This document shows, one piece after another, positions 13,294 through 26,875 of a stretch of 64,000 bases of DNA (its first letter is position 1; every line of letters begins with the position of its first letter). The notes under the pieces are model-generated. The model did not search any database. It was given only the letters and a program-made list of their open reading frames with translations, and had not been told where the DNA came from. The DNA lies in assembly GCA_964016885.1 (NCBI GenBank), contig OZ024747.1:93682001-93746000 (forward strand), written 5' to 3'. The position numbers and the translations under genes are program-made. This DNA comes from Eledone cirrhosa. Taxonomy: Eukaryota.

Positions 13294-13699
13294 TAATGTG
13301 TGTAAATAGAATTATGTGAACCTATCAACGATACAGTAATGGAAAATCTTTTATTCACAGTTGTTTAAAAAATATAATATAATGATTCCAGAATGAAAAT
13401 ACAAGCACAATAACATATACAAAGCAGGTAATACATACATCTAGGACCGCATACAACAAAAGGGATGTGAAAGGGGTGGACAAACGAACCGCTATCAGAG
13501 CAAAAGATAACAGTATCGCGAGGAGCACTAGGAAACTTCTCTAAAATCTTCCATCTTGACATTTTGAATACTCCCTTCCTTGGCTATCTCAACAATTGTT
13601 GAGATTAATTCTTAATAAAATTTCAAGTCATAACTTCTCTCAAATTTTTCTCATGCAGTTCTCAGTTGCTTTATTTCCAGTTCCTTTGCTATTATCTAT

Positions 13700-13914
13700 A
13701 GGATTGGCAATATCAGTAGAGCGTCGTACAACATGCTTTGCAGCATATAGTTAGGATTCTTTACGTTCTCAGTTCAAATCCCACCGAGGTTAGCTTTATC
13801 TTTCATCCTTACGGGGTCAATAAAATAATTTACCAGTAACGAACTGGGATCAATTTAATTGACTTCCCCTTTCTCCAAAACTTGTTGGCCTTGTGCCTAA
13901 ATCAGAAATCATTA
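13700..13914 (+). mobile_element. SINE copy
   Basis: A/B boxes and core match consensus. Confidence 0.85.
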
Positions 13915-14759
13915 TCTATAAAATTCATGATGTGATATTTTTAACATTTAACAAAAGGTCCCTGATTGATTTGTTTCTTTAATAAGTTGTCTAAAAGAGC
14001 AACGAAAGTAGAAGACCATGACATTAGAAATTACACACACATCCATGGTTGGAAATGGTATTTGGTAGTAGGTAAATAACTTCTACAGAAATACGTAGTT
14101 AAGTGTCAATATTCTAAATGTGGTCCGGAGTATTATCAATTACTAACAACACCTTAGGTTAGGCTCTTCACAATATTTTACCACTGCAGTAATTTCCATT
14201 GTTACTCGTGCCTTCTTGTTTAATTCCTAAATCACAATAATAAACCTACTTTTATAAGCCTCTCTTGTCTCAAAGGACTCATATCTGTAACACAACCTTC
14301 ACTAACGTTATAGCTGAATAGCCCCAATTCAGGTCTCAGCAAAGGCATTGCAGTCACGACCGTCCTATCTTAATTTGGGAAATTTATAGAAAAGCACACA
14401 CTGGGGTTCTGTGAGAATTTTTTTCTTTCTCTGGGTTTTCACGTGTTTTTTTCCTCACGAAAACTGAAGAGGGCTCCTCAGTTTTCTTTGGTGGGATTTT
14501 GTTTGTTTGTTTCAATGAATCTGACACCCAACTCACTCACAAACGACTTTTTTCCCGAAAATGAGGGAATCCTCAAAGTTACAGATAAACACCCCTCTGC
14601 CGTTTAAATTTATAGAAAAGCACTTGATGGGATTGGGTGAGATTTTTTTTGGGGGGGGGGGTTAAATAACGATAAAATAGGTGTAGGATATAGATGTATA
14701 TGTTCGGCTATCTCCCTACATCAGTTTGTCATATACACACGCCTTAATCCAAACCCAAG

Positions 14760-15222
14760 CTCTTGTTCGGGGTCTACCCCTGGGTCTCCTACCGGTTGGT
14801 TTCGCCCATAAAATCTGTCCGATTCTTTCCTGAAGCATTTTAACCACATGACCATAGTATCGGAGCTGTGATCTCTCAATTCGGAGAAATAGCGGCTGTA
14901 CCTGGAGTGACTCTCTGATTTCCGTGTCACGCATTTTATCGAGTAACGTTACTCCAAAGAACCCTTCTGAAGAACCATTTCGGCTGCTTGTATTCGTGAT
15001 CGTATTCTTTCGGTCATTACCAAAAATTCATGACCGGTCAGATTTGGCATGAAAACCGAATTGAAGATCGCGAGTTTCGCTTTTACGCCTGCCTCCATTC
15101 TTCTGATTACTGAAGCTGGCGCATTACTGCACCAGCTTTTGCAATTCTGGCACTTAATTTAGTCTCCTGTCTTCCATCACTCGTGAATGCGGCCCTGAGG
15201 TACTTGAACTTCTCTACCTGCT
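14760..15222 (-). mobile_element. RTE-clade LINE fragment (frameshifted)
   Basis: KQVEKFKYL..RIAKAGAVMRQL; IERSQLRYYGHVVKM..PTGRRPRGRPRTR. Confidence 0.85.
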
Positions 15223-15587
15223 TCAGATAAAACAAACTAGACACAGATAAAACAAGCAACCAACTAGTAACAAATGAATAAATAAATAAACACACACACA
15301 CAGATATAATGCATGTGCAACCTAAATACAGCACACAACACACAAACACAAGATGGTGTAAGACAGAACAAAGGAGAAACAAAATAACAGGTCACAAAAT
15401 GTGTGACGAAAGAGCTTCGACAATAAATAAACAACCAACCTGAAATTTGTAATAAATTGAAGTGAAAACTAACAGGTGCGTGTGTTTTATTGGCTACATG
15501 ACCCGCCCAAAGTATAACAATGTTTAAACACGTTTTCAGATAAGAAATTTTGCAAAACAAATACAAAAACGGTGTATATATATATAT

Positions 15588-16165
15588 GTCAGGTCACCAG
15601 TCGGTGCTACTGGTAACATGTATCCCAGTACAACCTGTCTCATGGTCGGGTCGTTGGCGACCCCACCAAGGTTTCTTGGTGAGGAGGGTGACTTTGGACA
15701 TCCTGCAGGACTAAAAACAAAACCGGTCAAAGGAGCTCTGAAGAGTCAATGGCCATCCAAAATCACCGGGAGAGATGAACCCTTAGCCTTTGTCAAGGCA
15801 GAATTCTAGAAGGAAAACTCTGATAACACCTGCAACCCTGATGGTATCCAATGATGTTGACTTGTTCTTTTTGGTAAATATCATCTTGGTTAAGAGAGTG
15901 GGACTGGCTTTGTGCAGTGCCTTTGTTCACTATAAAAGCTTCACGGCATAGGCATTGCTTTATATCTGGAGATCTCTCTGCACTTGTCACATGGTACCAT
16001 GAGCCCAGCACTATCTGTCAATAATTGTCACAAGTGTAGTGTTTGTACCAGAGTTTTCATGTCGCAGGCTGGACTAAAAAGTCACACTCGTTCAGCGCAT
16101 CGGTAGGGTTTCTCCTACATGGATATAAAGTAGTGGCCGTACTCGAAAACGAGTTGGCAGCCACC
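15588..16165 (+). mobile_element. Non-autonomous RTE-5'UTR-derived element flanked by (TA)n
   Basis: 5' part homologous to 61990-62178 (minus), 3' part to 3910-4310; (TA)n on both sides. Confidence 0.65.
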
Positions 16166-18384
16166 ATATATATATATTTGCGCGAGTGTTCGGCAAACTG
16201 GTGTAGAGATACCCGAACATATATTGTACAGATGTACAGACTATAAAAACAAAACTAAACACATTCACACAAATATATGTGCTAGTGTTCGGCACTCCTA
16301 CAGGGAGATAGCTGAATATACATATATCCATTGTACAGAATCTTACACTTATTTTATCATTACCTTTCAACGGATTTAAAGGTGAAATTCATTGAAAACT
16401 CACCCCAAAAAATGTGGGAAATATTCCCACCAAAGAAACATCCGAGGGTACCCCGCTTCCATTTGCGAGTGAGTTGGATGTAGGATTCGTTAAAAGAATT
16501 CCCCAAAGAAAACTCAGATGGCGCGAAAATCGTAAGGTACCCCCTTTCGTTTTTGGGGGTTAAAAAAAAAAAAAAAAAAAAGTCGATTGCAAATTAGTTG
16601 AAAACAAGAAAAAAAAAAAAAAATAGGGAAAAAAATTCTCATCGAACCGCAGCGACAGCTTTTCTATAAATTTACCCCACTTTTTTGAAGATGGAATATA
16701 CAGGGAATTTGACTGATATTTCTACCAGATCAAGCTACCGTTTAAAGGAGAGACTCTTCCTGGTTGGCTCGACTCCCATCTATAGTTATCATTAGGCGCA
16801 GATAGACGAGTTTATCTTCAGCCAATTTCATTCTGAGTAATAGCAGCAGCAACCTATATACTGTAGTTAATAATCCGGAATATTATCAGCTCTATTTTAA
16901 TCTATAACTTTACTCCAATTCTATCATTGACAAACTGTTGATTTTTTTATTTATTTTTGTTCAGTCTAGAGGAAGAAATGGGCTTCCCCGGTTCTCCATA
17001 GCCAGTGTTACGGTTTAATGTTTTGAAATAGTTGCTGCAAATCTATGTGCAGTAAGAGGGCTGCCGACATTTTATATTTGATTGTGTGGAGGTAAAAAAA
17101 TATTTAAGTCGTACATTTGGAAATAACTAACCATCGCAAGGGCCCCCATTTGTTTATAATAGTGAGAGCGGCAGTGATAATGGAAATTTGATTCCATTAT
17201 GTTCAGACCTAATACATATATATTCACGGCAAAAGCTATTTCTAATTTCAAACTCGCTCGCCGTTTCAAAACATACAATCAAACCACGGACAGTAATGAG
17301 TTTGCTACAATCTACTGGATTAAGTTACGAAATGCATAAAGATATTTTCTCAAAAGAAAAATGTTTATATATCTGAACGAACATTTATTTTACGCACGCA
17401 AATAATAAATATTTAAACGCACAATATAATTATTAATGGTCGCCTTACAACTACTAGTAACTAAACTAATGTTTTGTCAAGTGTTCAATATATTTACAGT
17501 TGTAGCGTCAGCCACATCAATGTGCATATTTGTTGTCAGTCATTCATAATTTACATATTTCAGCGCTAGTCCCGCTCTTTCACCAAAACAATTCCATTTT
17601 TTACATTTTCAAGGAAGATTTGGCTGCGATTTCTAGTGGAGCGAGTGACCAAATATACTAGAGGTTCTCTTTTACTCTTAGCTTACAGAAGAACTTCTGT
17701 AAGCTAAGAGTAAACAAAAACAATCTAAAAAAAAAGAAACCGAAATTATTTGTCCGACGATAAATGAATCGGTTCAGCGTGGTGCTAAACTGGATGAAAG
17801 CCAACATTTCTTGAAGGTTGGAAATGTATTCGCAGGTGTTTGAGCTGATAAACAAGTTACTTGGGATAATTAGTTTAAAAGAACAAAAAAATTCGACTGT
17901 TAATCCACCTACTTCGTAGTCTTTTATAACAAGATGGAGTAAACGGATTAAAGACCAAAAAGATGAAACAGAAATAGTCATTGAGGTCACAGAATGTGTG
18001 ACGAAAGAGCGACTAACTTAAAAATTATTTAATGGAAGGCATAACAGAGTTTAACATATAGCCTTCGAACACAAATCGAAACTATTCAGTAAATAAGTGT
18101 CACCAACGTATTCGTAACCTACATTACGGAAAACAGCTCTCCACAATTTCATTTAACAAAATTTGGATTAAGTTATGAGGAAACAAAATCAGAGATATAT
18201 TAAACTCTAGTTTATGCTTAGTTACTTTTGGAATTCGATAAACTGGGAGTAAAGTATAGTAAAGAAATAAAGGGGCTTACAGAGTAACACGAAAATTTGC
18301 TTTAAATAAATACAATAAATAAAACTAGTTTGATTAGCATGTACATATACACAGCGAAGAGCCGACTTTGAAGATAAACTGGGT

Positions 18385-18400
18385 GGCCCTGATAAGGGCC
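18385..18400 (-). terminator. Histone 3' stem-loop of H4
   Basis: GGCCCT-TATC-AGGGCC followed by ACCCA. Confidence 0.9.
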
Positions 18401-18431
18401 GGTGAAGTGAGTGTAAAATGAGGCTGCACTT

Positions 18432-18758
<327 letters not shown>

Positions 18759-18794
18759 TTAACAATAAAATGTATTAAAAAATTTGTTATTTTA

Positions 18795-18872
18795 GATGTA
18801 TAAATAAACGTTAGGCGAACGTAGCAGAGAACATAATATATAGATCACGTGATTTAAAGAACCAATCAGAAT
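18795..18872 (-). promoter_or_regulatory. H4 promoter
   Basis: TATTTATA box, TGTTCTCTGCTACGT element shared with the other H4, CACGTG, CCAAT box. Confidence 0.6.
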
Positions 18873-19799
18873 GTATAGCACTTTACATTATAATCAAATC
18901 TTAAGAGGATGCTTTTTTTTTTTTTAAACTGTGAATCAATTTTTTTATTTTTTTATTTAGCATATATAGTTAAATTAGTGGTAACATATTTGTCAATTTT
19001 TAATCTTATACCAGTAAATTATTTCATGATTATTTTTCACTTAGTATGCATATAACATTTATGTTCATACACAGAATATCTAGCACGCTAACTTAGGTTC
19101 CAAGGTCCAGTTATGGCCACCCATGCAAACTGTACGTGTAGTAGTTATCGGTAAATTAACTTTTCATCAGAGGATAGGACATATATATGAGTGTGTATAA
19201 TTGATATATATAAATGATTATATTTTTCGGCAAGGCTGTTCTGCGAGAGAACGGGTCGCAGGTAGCGGATAGCGATACGGCCACCAGATACGATAGTTGC
19301 GATATAAGAGGGCAGGATTGGGGATTACATTTAGACCGGGGGGGGGGGGGGGGGCTCATACACAAAAAATTATAATACACAGTAAACCCGCTCCCCTAAT
19401 TTTACATGTCAAAGTTAGCTTTGCGCAAGTAATTGGAATTGAAAAGTTATACATACAGGTATTAAATTAAAAAATTCTAACCATCCTAAATTACTACGGC
19501 CTTTCAACCAGTCCAGTACTGGGGTCGATTCTTCCTTTATAGAAAAAATTGGCTGTGTTCAGACCCGGAGGGTGTTGAGCTCCGCCAGGTTTAAAAGTGC
19601 CCTAGACGCGCCGTGTGATGGTGCCTCTACGACTCCACAAGGAGTTTTGGGATGTTTATCCTTTTTTATATATATGTTAAGTCCAAATGGTAGATTTGTT
19701 AATGTTTAAAATGTGAAAGAATCATTATATTCGTTAATTAGGCAATTGTTAAGTTCGCCTGGCAACACGTGCTGAATTATGAGCAATGAAGTAAAAGCA

Positions 19800-20095
19800 C
19801 TTCAATCTGAGACAGGTTCGAGAACATATCTAAGGCTGTGTCGTCCCCTTTGTCTGTTCCAATGCGAGTTTATCCCCGGTTTCCTTGCCATTAAGCGATT
19901 GAGAGTGAAAGGACCCTGCTCTATCGCAGGATTAACTCCCCAGATACTGCTGGCACTTACTCTCAGCTAAGTGTACTGGAGCAACGTGAAACAGAATTTC
20001 GTTCAATAACACAATGCAGCACCCTGTCCAGGAATCGAAATGACGGCATTATGATCGTGTGTCCAACATCTTAATCATTAGGTTATGCCGTTCCA
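19800..20095 (-). mobile_element. Second tRNA-derived SINE family, diverged
   Basis: TTCGATTCC B-box, TTTCACGTTGCTCCAGTACACTTAGCTG core also seen at 33170-33200, 56000 and 59060. Confidence 0.6.
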
Positions 20096-22160
20096 CCATC
20101 CCTAAAATCCAGTGACCCTCTCGATAGGGACCACGGTGGTATTTTTGGAGCATTAATTTGGATTCGTCAATTTCCACTACTCTATTTTCTCCAATCTGCA
20201 TAGGATGGTCGATACGCCACATAGCGCAAATAGAGAGCTGGACAGCTGAAGGTCTTCAGAGAAGAAACTCCTCAAGGGAATGTATCGGCCCGAAACTCAG
20301 CATTTCGTATGGGGAAATAGTTTCGGTTTACGAACCACCATCAGGAACGAATTAATTTCGTGAGCCGAGGTTCCACTGTATATACTATCTCTACTAGTTT
20401 TCTTTTAACCAATCTTCTGTACATGGTCAAACAGTCACATGAGAAGTTACATATTCGGAGCCCTGTTTAGACCGAGTCTACCGGCAGGTGGCTACTCTGT
20501 TTTCTGTGTATGCCAAAAACCCAACAGAAAAAAATACAAATTTTAGAGTATGTAGTTTTTGTTTATTCTTTATGAGGAAAATTACATATATGTTTTATAT
20601 ATCTTTTACAGTTTTACTATAGTATGTGGTGCTTTTACTGTATTCCAAGTTGAGGGTTCCATTGAGAACGTTTGTTCTGCGCTCACTTTTATTTCATGGA
20701 ATAAAGGTATGAGCACTCAACTTTAATCGAGTTTCAAAAAGACGATTATGGTGTGGTATTTCATAGTTATTTGAAAGAATTTTGAGTGGAACATTTGCTG
20801 TAATATTTTATCGACCCCACAACACAGAAATGAGAATTTTTTCGAATGCTCAACTCATTACTTTCGTGCATCGTTCCGATTTTCCCATCCATTGAGTGAA
20901 CTGTTGGATGCTTTGAGCAAAAATATTCAAAATCAAACGCGACAATTTGATATGCGCGACACCAATACAGAAACTATGGGTTTAACGCAGGAAACTTACT
21001 AAACTATGTACATACAAATACAAAAAAGAATCTTGGTTGACATTCAAAATACCTTAATTTTTAACCGCATTTCTAATGAAATACAATGCTCTGTGGCTAT
21101 CAATTTAGCACGGTTTTAATATGTATGAACATCATAAAACTAGAGCAATTTCAAATGGGTTGTCAGAGTTTAATGAAAATTTTAAAATTTCCAAGTGAAC
21201 TAATCAGCATTGAAATTTTTTTTTACGCCGTTAAAATAGAAACCAAAACACATTGAATTTTATCTACCATTGCTTTGAACGATTCTTCGTTTGAACAGAG
21301 TCGCTTTAGTAACATCGATCAGATTTATTTAGAGGGGTAGGCTTGTTATTTATTTAGGGACTTTAAGAGGATGAATGGCGAAGTCGATATCGGCACAAGC
21401 TCAACTCCAAGCCAAAACCTAAATTCTGCAAAGTAGCGTGCGCGTAAAAGCTTAATGAATGAGTTGTGTACGTTTCAAAAATGCATCGACTATAGTTTAA
21501 ATGACATTTTGGTAATATGTGCAATTTTCTACAGAAACACAATATCATTTCTGCAGCTATGTATTACGAAAGAAATAACTTGATAGACTTCAACATCGTA
21601 ATGTATACATGCAAAATTTTACTTAAAAACAAGCATTAAATTAATTAAGTTAACATGCGAAGAAGACAAACTAGATTAATTATGCCAGTTAAATTCCAGA
21701 ATCGAACGGAACCAAGAAAAATACAATAAAAACACGCAAGATTTATTTACAACCCATTATACCTAAAGTAAAACTAACTCCACCCGCCAAGAATGAATAT
21801 AAGACTATACAATATTTATTTATACCAATTAGGATTAGGCTAAACTAGAGAAATACCGAGTTAATCTGAATCCAAATTTTTGAAATTTGTACAGTTTATA
21901 TTATCATTAATTTATCTTGGGAACTTATTCTTTAGAAGCACCGTAATCGTGTTCAAAACATCGAACAATTCAGTTGAAGATAAAAAAAAATGTACACATC
22001 AGAACAGAAATAGATGAAAAAGCATTATTTTGTAAAAAAAAAAAAAAAAAAATCACTCGGACATCGCTTTTGCTCACATACTAACAATAGACCAAGTCGA
22101 CTATATTTGAAATGTTAATGGCCGTTGTTGTCTAATTTTTTTTAAGCAGTAGTAATTGAT

Positions 22161-22322
22161 TTACTTGCTGCTGGTGTACTTGGTGACAGCCTTGGTACCC
22201 TCAGAGACGGCGTGCTTAGCTAACTCACCAGGGAGGAGAAGACAGACAGTAGTCTGTACTTCACGGCTACTGATGGTAGATCGTTTGTTGTAGTGAGCCA
22301 AACGGCTAGATTCAGAAGCAAT
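22161..22322 (-). pseudogene. H2B: H2B pseudogene, 3' half only
   Basis: Encodes [53 protein letters not shown]; 5' half and stem-loop deleted. Confidence 0.93.
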
Positions 22323-22323
22323 G

Positions 22324-22546
22324 CTACTTGGCCGCTGTAATGGAATATTTGGCTGCTGAAGTGTTGTATTTGGCAGGATTTGCTGCTAGATGCAACAAGA
22401 AGGCCAGAATTATTCCCCGTCATTTACAATTGGCCATCCGTTACGACGAAGAGTTGAACAAACTTTTGTCCGGAGTGACCGTCGCCCAGGGTGGTGTTCT
22501 TCCCAACATCCATGCTGTACTTCTCCCCAAGAAGGCTTCTAGTTGA
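22324..22546 (+). pseudogene. H2A: H2A pseudogene, 3' part only
   Basis: [43 protein letters not shown]; several substitutions, no 5' end. Confidence 0.93.
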
Positions 22547-23896
22547 GCCCTCCATTGGAACACCAGTAAATGGTTTTTTGCTGAATCAGTTTATGGACGT
22601 TTTTCAGTCAATGATAAATCCGGTTTTAGTTTAGAAAATGACGCTTGTCCTATTTTATATATGAAATTGTTTAATCAAATTACGGAAAATACTCCATCTG
22701 TTGGAGGTAAGCGAGACGTTCATGTCTAAATTTAATGAACAGGACCTCGGTTCTAAATAACATTTAATACTCTACTAAACGATTTGGTGTTTTTTATATT
22801 GAGTTGATCGACTTCATTTTGGAATAAATTAATTTTGCATTATTTTTCTATTCACTTTCACTTAATCGTTTATTTTATTTCATTTGTTTAGTAGCACCAC
22901 ATTTATGGGTGTATGAGGACTGTGAGTTACGTTTTCTATTCTAAGCCAGAACTAGCCGCTTCATTCTATATTTCTCAATGACCAAATTAATATTGTAGGT
23001 TTTATTCGGTTGCCGGTCATTAATATTTACTTACGATTCCATTATTGATAGCAGTTGACACTATATCGAAACTAAAGATTTAATGAGTGAAATTTCAACT
23101 GTAAACTTCAAGTTTGTCTTGCTAAATGTTCTCGTGTCTCGTTTAGTAAAAATAATTTAGGTTAAAACTTAGCTGTTGCCTTGAAATCTCGGTGAAACTA
23201 CTATCATTTACTAAGATGTTGCTTGAACTCAAGTGACATTGGGAAAGTTGTATCTTAATACAAAGTAACCTCAATGTTGGGCTCTATTTTAGTTAAGTTG
23301 AAACAATTTTACTTTCAGTCTATAATAGTCCTTCTGTGAACTAATGTTCGTATAAAATAATGTACTGTTGAAATTAATACACTGGGGGGAATAAGTTGAT
23401 TACATCGACTCCAGTACTTTACGGATTCTGCATTTTGTTGACTAGGGCGGAATCGAACTTGGGTCAATAAGAATAAACTTCAAATTATTTTGTCCGATAT
23501 TTTCCAAAGGTACTGAGTGATTATAGTTACTTCAGATATCCAGTCAAATTAGCCCGCTTTGCTAGTAATAACTGCCAAATATATATATAATAAATGTAAT
23601 CTGAGTTTTTCGAATATTAACACTCGATTCGTTTGCAATTATGCAAACAAGCTTCAATTTTATAGCCATGTCAGTAGAATGAACACTTCATTCTTGCTCT
23701 TGTGTTGGCATGCGAACAGAACTGCAGACACTGTTTCTGGGTATCACCCTTCATCAATACTGTTCACCTGCCAAACTGTCAGAGTTAGTGAAAATATATG
23801 CTATTTTCAAAAATACAGTGACTGATCGGCCTGATTTGTTTATTAGCAGACATGGCTATAACATTGAGGCTTGTTTGCATAATTGCAAACGAATCG

Positions 23897-24509
23897 ACGA
23901 GTTTAACTTTGCCTTTCATCCTTACGGGGTCGATAAAATAAAGTACCAGTAATGTACTTGTGGTAAAATGATGTTATCCTAGTTGGATTGTTTATCGACA
24001 TAGACGTGAGGGAAGGTCCCTCGCCTATTTACCATTTTTGTATTTACAATATTCCTCACGTCAGGTCACCAATTTTGGCAGCATGGATTATAAATGTTAT
24101 TAAGACACGAGTAACATAATAATGATATCAACAGCAGAAATTAAAGATGAAATGTATGTTTATTTTTGTTGTAGCACAAATAATGTTGGTTAACTTGTAT
24201 GGTTGAAGTTACACATAAAAATGAGGTTACAAAAGGGAATGTGCCATTGCGCAGACAGGCCAAGGTGCAAAATCTCACCGTCACATGTACGTGTTGCTGG
24301 TTCGAAGTTCCTGGTGCGAGAGGGAGATTCTTCAAATCTTCGCGGGTAATTTCTCCCTCAGGATGCGTAGGGATACATCCTCTTCTACTGGCGCTGATTG
24401 GCTGAGCTGAGCCAAATCACGCACAGAGAATGTATGTGAGCCCGCGGAATGTAGGTCACTACATACTGGTTAATTTCTGGCCTTGTGCCAATAGTAGAAA
24501 CAATTATTA
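23897..24509 (+). mobile_element. SINE fragment split by an LTR-type insertion
   Basis: SINE core stops at ..TAATGTACT and resumes TACTGGTTAATTTCTGGCCTTGTGCC at 24464. Confidence 0.8.
23959..24463 (-). mobile_element. LTR retrotransposon remnant (Gypsy-like)
   Basis: TG..CA termini, 4-bp TSD TACT, PBS-like TGGTGACCTGACGTGA (24056-24071) resembling the tRNA-Trp PBS. Confidence 0.65.
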
Positions 24510-24568
24510 ATATTCGAAAAACTCGGATTACATTTATTGTATTCAGCCATGTAAAGCGAAATTTTCCT

Positions 24569-24599
<31 letters not shown>

Positions 24600-24766
24600 C
24601 CCCAAGAAAATGTATACACACTTTGATTAGAATGTTGTTGAAATGTGTATACATTTTTGGGACACCCTGTATGTGTTTATATATATATACACACATACTT
24701 CCAAGAAATATATACACTTTTATTAGAATGTTGTTGAAATGTGTATATATTTTTGGGACACCCTGT
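24600..24766. repeat. Two tandem ~70 bp fold-back units with a Tc1/mariner-like terminus
   Basis: CCCAAGAAAATGTATACACA..TGTGTATACATTTTTGGGACACCCTG-TA twice. Confidence 0.6.
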
Positions 24767-25336
24767 ATGTATGCATATATATAAAAAATGCAAAGGTATT
24801 GTCTAGACGCATGTATCGTCACTATGCGTGTTTGTAAGAATTTTACAGGTGCAATGGCATAAGATCTGAGAGAGATGTTATAAAATCGATTCTTACCATC
24901 CATATATACACACATTCATGTATAGATGCATTGCCAAAGAAAAATCGGATAGCAAGTCAGATTTTACGTAGATGGTAAAATTTCAATTATTTTCAAATCG
25001 GATAGCTAGTATAAAAACAAAATTTGTTAAAATTCCGCTATGTTACTGCTCCTAATGAAATAATTTTTTTAAATGTTTAGTTTATATTGGTGAGCTGAAT
25101 TTAAGTTTCTAATAGTCACTATCTGAAGCATTTTGATCAAAATATACTTTTGTCAGACAACTTCATTAGTTACTTCACGTATTAATCTCTCTCTCTCTCT
25201 CTCTATATATATATTTGAATACTTCTTCGGATTCGGGCGTGGAGTCTAAACAATCCAGTTTGCATTTGTAACAAAATGTTACAAATATTAAGTATATTTT
25301 GCAAACAAAATATACTTAACGCTTCATTTATATATA

Positions 25337-25434
25337 ATTGTTTCTACTTTTGGCACAAGGCCAGCAATTATCCCAGTGTATTACTGGTACTTTATTTTAT
25401 CGACCCTGTAAAGATGAAAGGCAAAGTAAACCTC
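25337..25434 (-). mobile_element. 5'-truncated SINE
   Basis: Matches the 3' half of consensus. Confidence 0.85.
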
Positions 25435-26732
25435 GTGGCACCAAAAATACTTTGAGTTAATCTAGAAGTATACTATGGACCCGTAACTCTCGAGGGAGTC
25501 GTAGGGGCGCCATATTAACATACTCGTCTTGCTCTGATAACAGCAAGGAAACTATAAGGCCTGCATTTTCTACTACACCATGCACACTCACCCACGCCAA
25601 ATCGTGTTACAGGACATAACACAAATACGATCCTCTCCATTGCTTTTGGTCATTTCCACAATGCTGTTACGCGGCAAAGATGTTTAGTGATATATAAAAC
25701 TGATCCTTTAATGTTCAGTAATGCACCCCTGAGGTCTGCGATCTAAGCAGCTGCGTAGTTGATCTAAAAGTCAACCCAGCATTACATCTAGCTATAAAAC
25801 ATCTGATGACGATAGAAAAGTATCTGTCAAGCAGCGAACAGAGGGGGGAAAGGGTAAAGAAGGGCAGATCTGACTGTATAGGAAAGTGGGAGAAAGGGCT
25901 ATAAATTCGTGGAAAAGCAAGGACTAAGAGGCCATGGACGAAAAGGAGGAGAAAGGGAGAGGGTGATAGGCTCTATGCATGGGGCATGGCGGTGGTTGGG
26001 CTGCACCCCACGATCAGAGCATTTCCGCTACAATAACCCCTCCCTCACCTCACGCGGTTCCTTCTTCAGATGGGCTACTGACGATCCGATTTTACGGAGG
26101 AACGGGGCAGTAACAGGATTCGAGGTTTCGACGTTGTTCCATTAATATTTGCAAGGCTATTTATACAACTGAATTAATTTGTCTGTAATTCTATTCAATT
26201 ATCAAACTATATTTAGTTATCTAGTGTACATAGAACGCAACCTTTTGAGGGTGTGGTTTGCTATTTTAGCTAGTTTAAAAAAGGGTTTTATTTGGCTACT
26301 ATTTCTAGCGGATCAAATGTTGGCTCGTTAGTGTTTCTAAATTTGTATCGATTTACTCAACTGGTATATCCAAATGACTGGGGGAGGGGTGCTAGAAATA
26401 ATAGCCAAATTCCACTCTTGCTTTTCAAATTCGTTGTGATTGGGTTTGAATTAGGTTTTAAAATCATGTTCGAACATGGATTCATTTGCAAAGGCTGGAA
26501 TACTTTTTGACCATAAAGTCTCCCTGATCAGAGATGAACTAAGCTAAACTGAGATAAACTAGTCACCAAAGCAGCGAGGAAAAGTGATCCAGTTATTGGC
26601 GACGATACTATTTTTTGTTGATATCAGTTGAACTTTTACGAGATTCATTACGCACTTCACTTTCACTCAAATAAATTTTAATCAATTCAAATCACCATAC
26701 ATGTCCCATTTATTTATAGAGGAAGAATCGAC

Positions 26733-26875
26733 CCTAGTACTAGACTGGTACTTTTTTTATCGGCCTCGAAAGGATGAAGGGCAAAGTTGACCTCGGCGAG
26801 ATTTGAACTCAGAGAGGCGGAACGAATACCATAAAAAATTCTATCCGATGTTCTAATGACTCTGCCAATTCGCCA
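26733..26875 (-). mobile_element. SINE, diverged subfamily
   Basis: Matches 2735-2895. Confidence 0.75.

Larger units (their letters stand above)
14377..16678. mobile_element. Old TIR DNA element with nested retroelement fragments
   Basis: GGGAAATTTATAGAAAAGC at left vs GCTTTTCTATAAATTTACCC at right; subterminal inverted matches (CCCAACTCACTC/GAGTGAGTTGG; TTTCTTTGGTGGGA/TCCCACCAAAGAAA). Confidence 0.55.
20335..23585. repeat. Left arm of an inverted segmental duplication
   Basis: Colinear reverse-complement match to 27110-32405 through non-coding flanks and the H2A/H2B unit. Confidence 0.9.

Noticed and set aside
17985-18012. GGTCACA.AATGTGTGACGAAAGAGC shared with ~15390-15415
   Set aside because: Possibly a hammerhead stem II relic, but no CUGANGA core and too short to call
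25795-25835. CTGATGA..GAAA..GTC hammerhead-like string
   Set aside because: No stem I or stem II pairing
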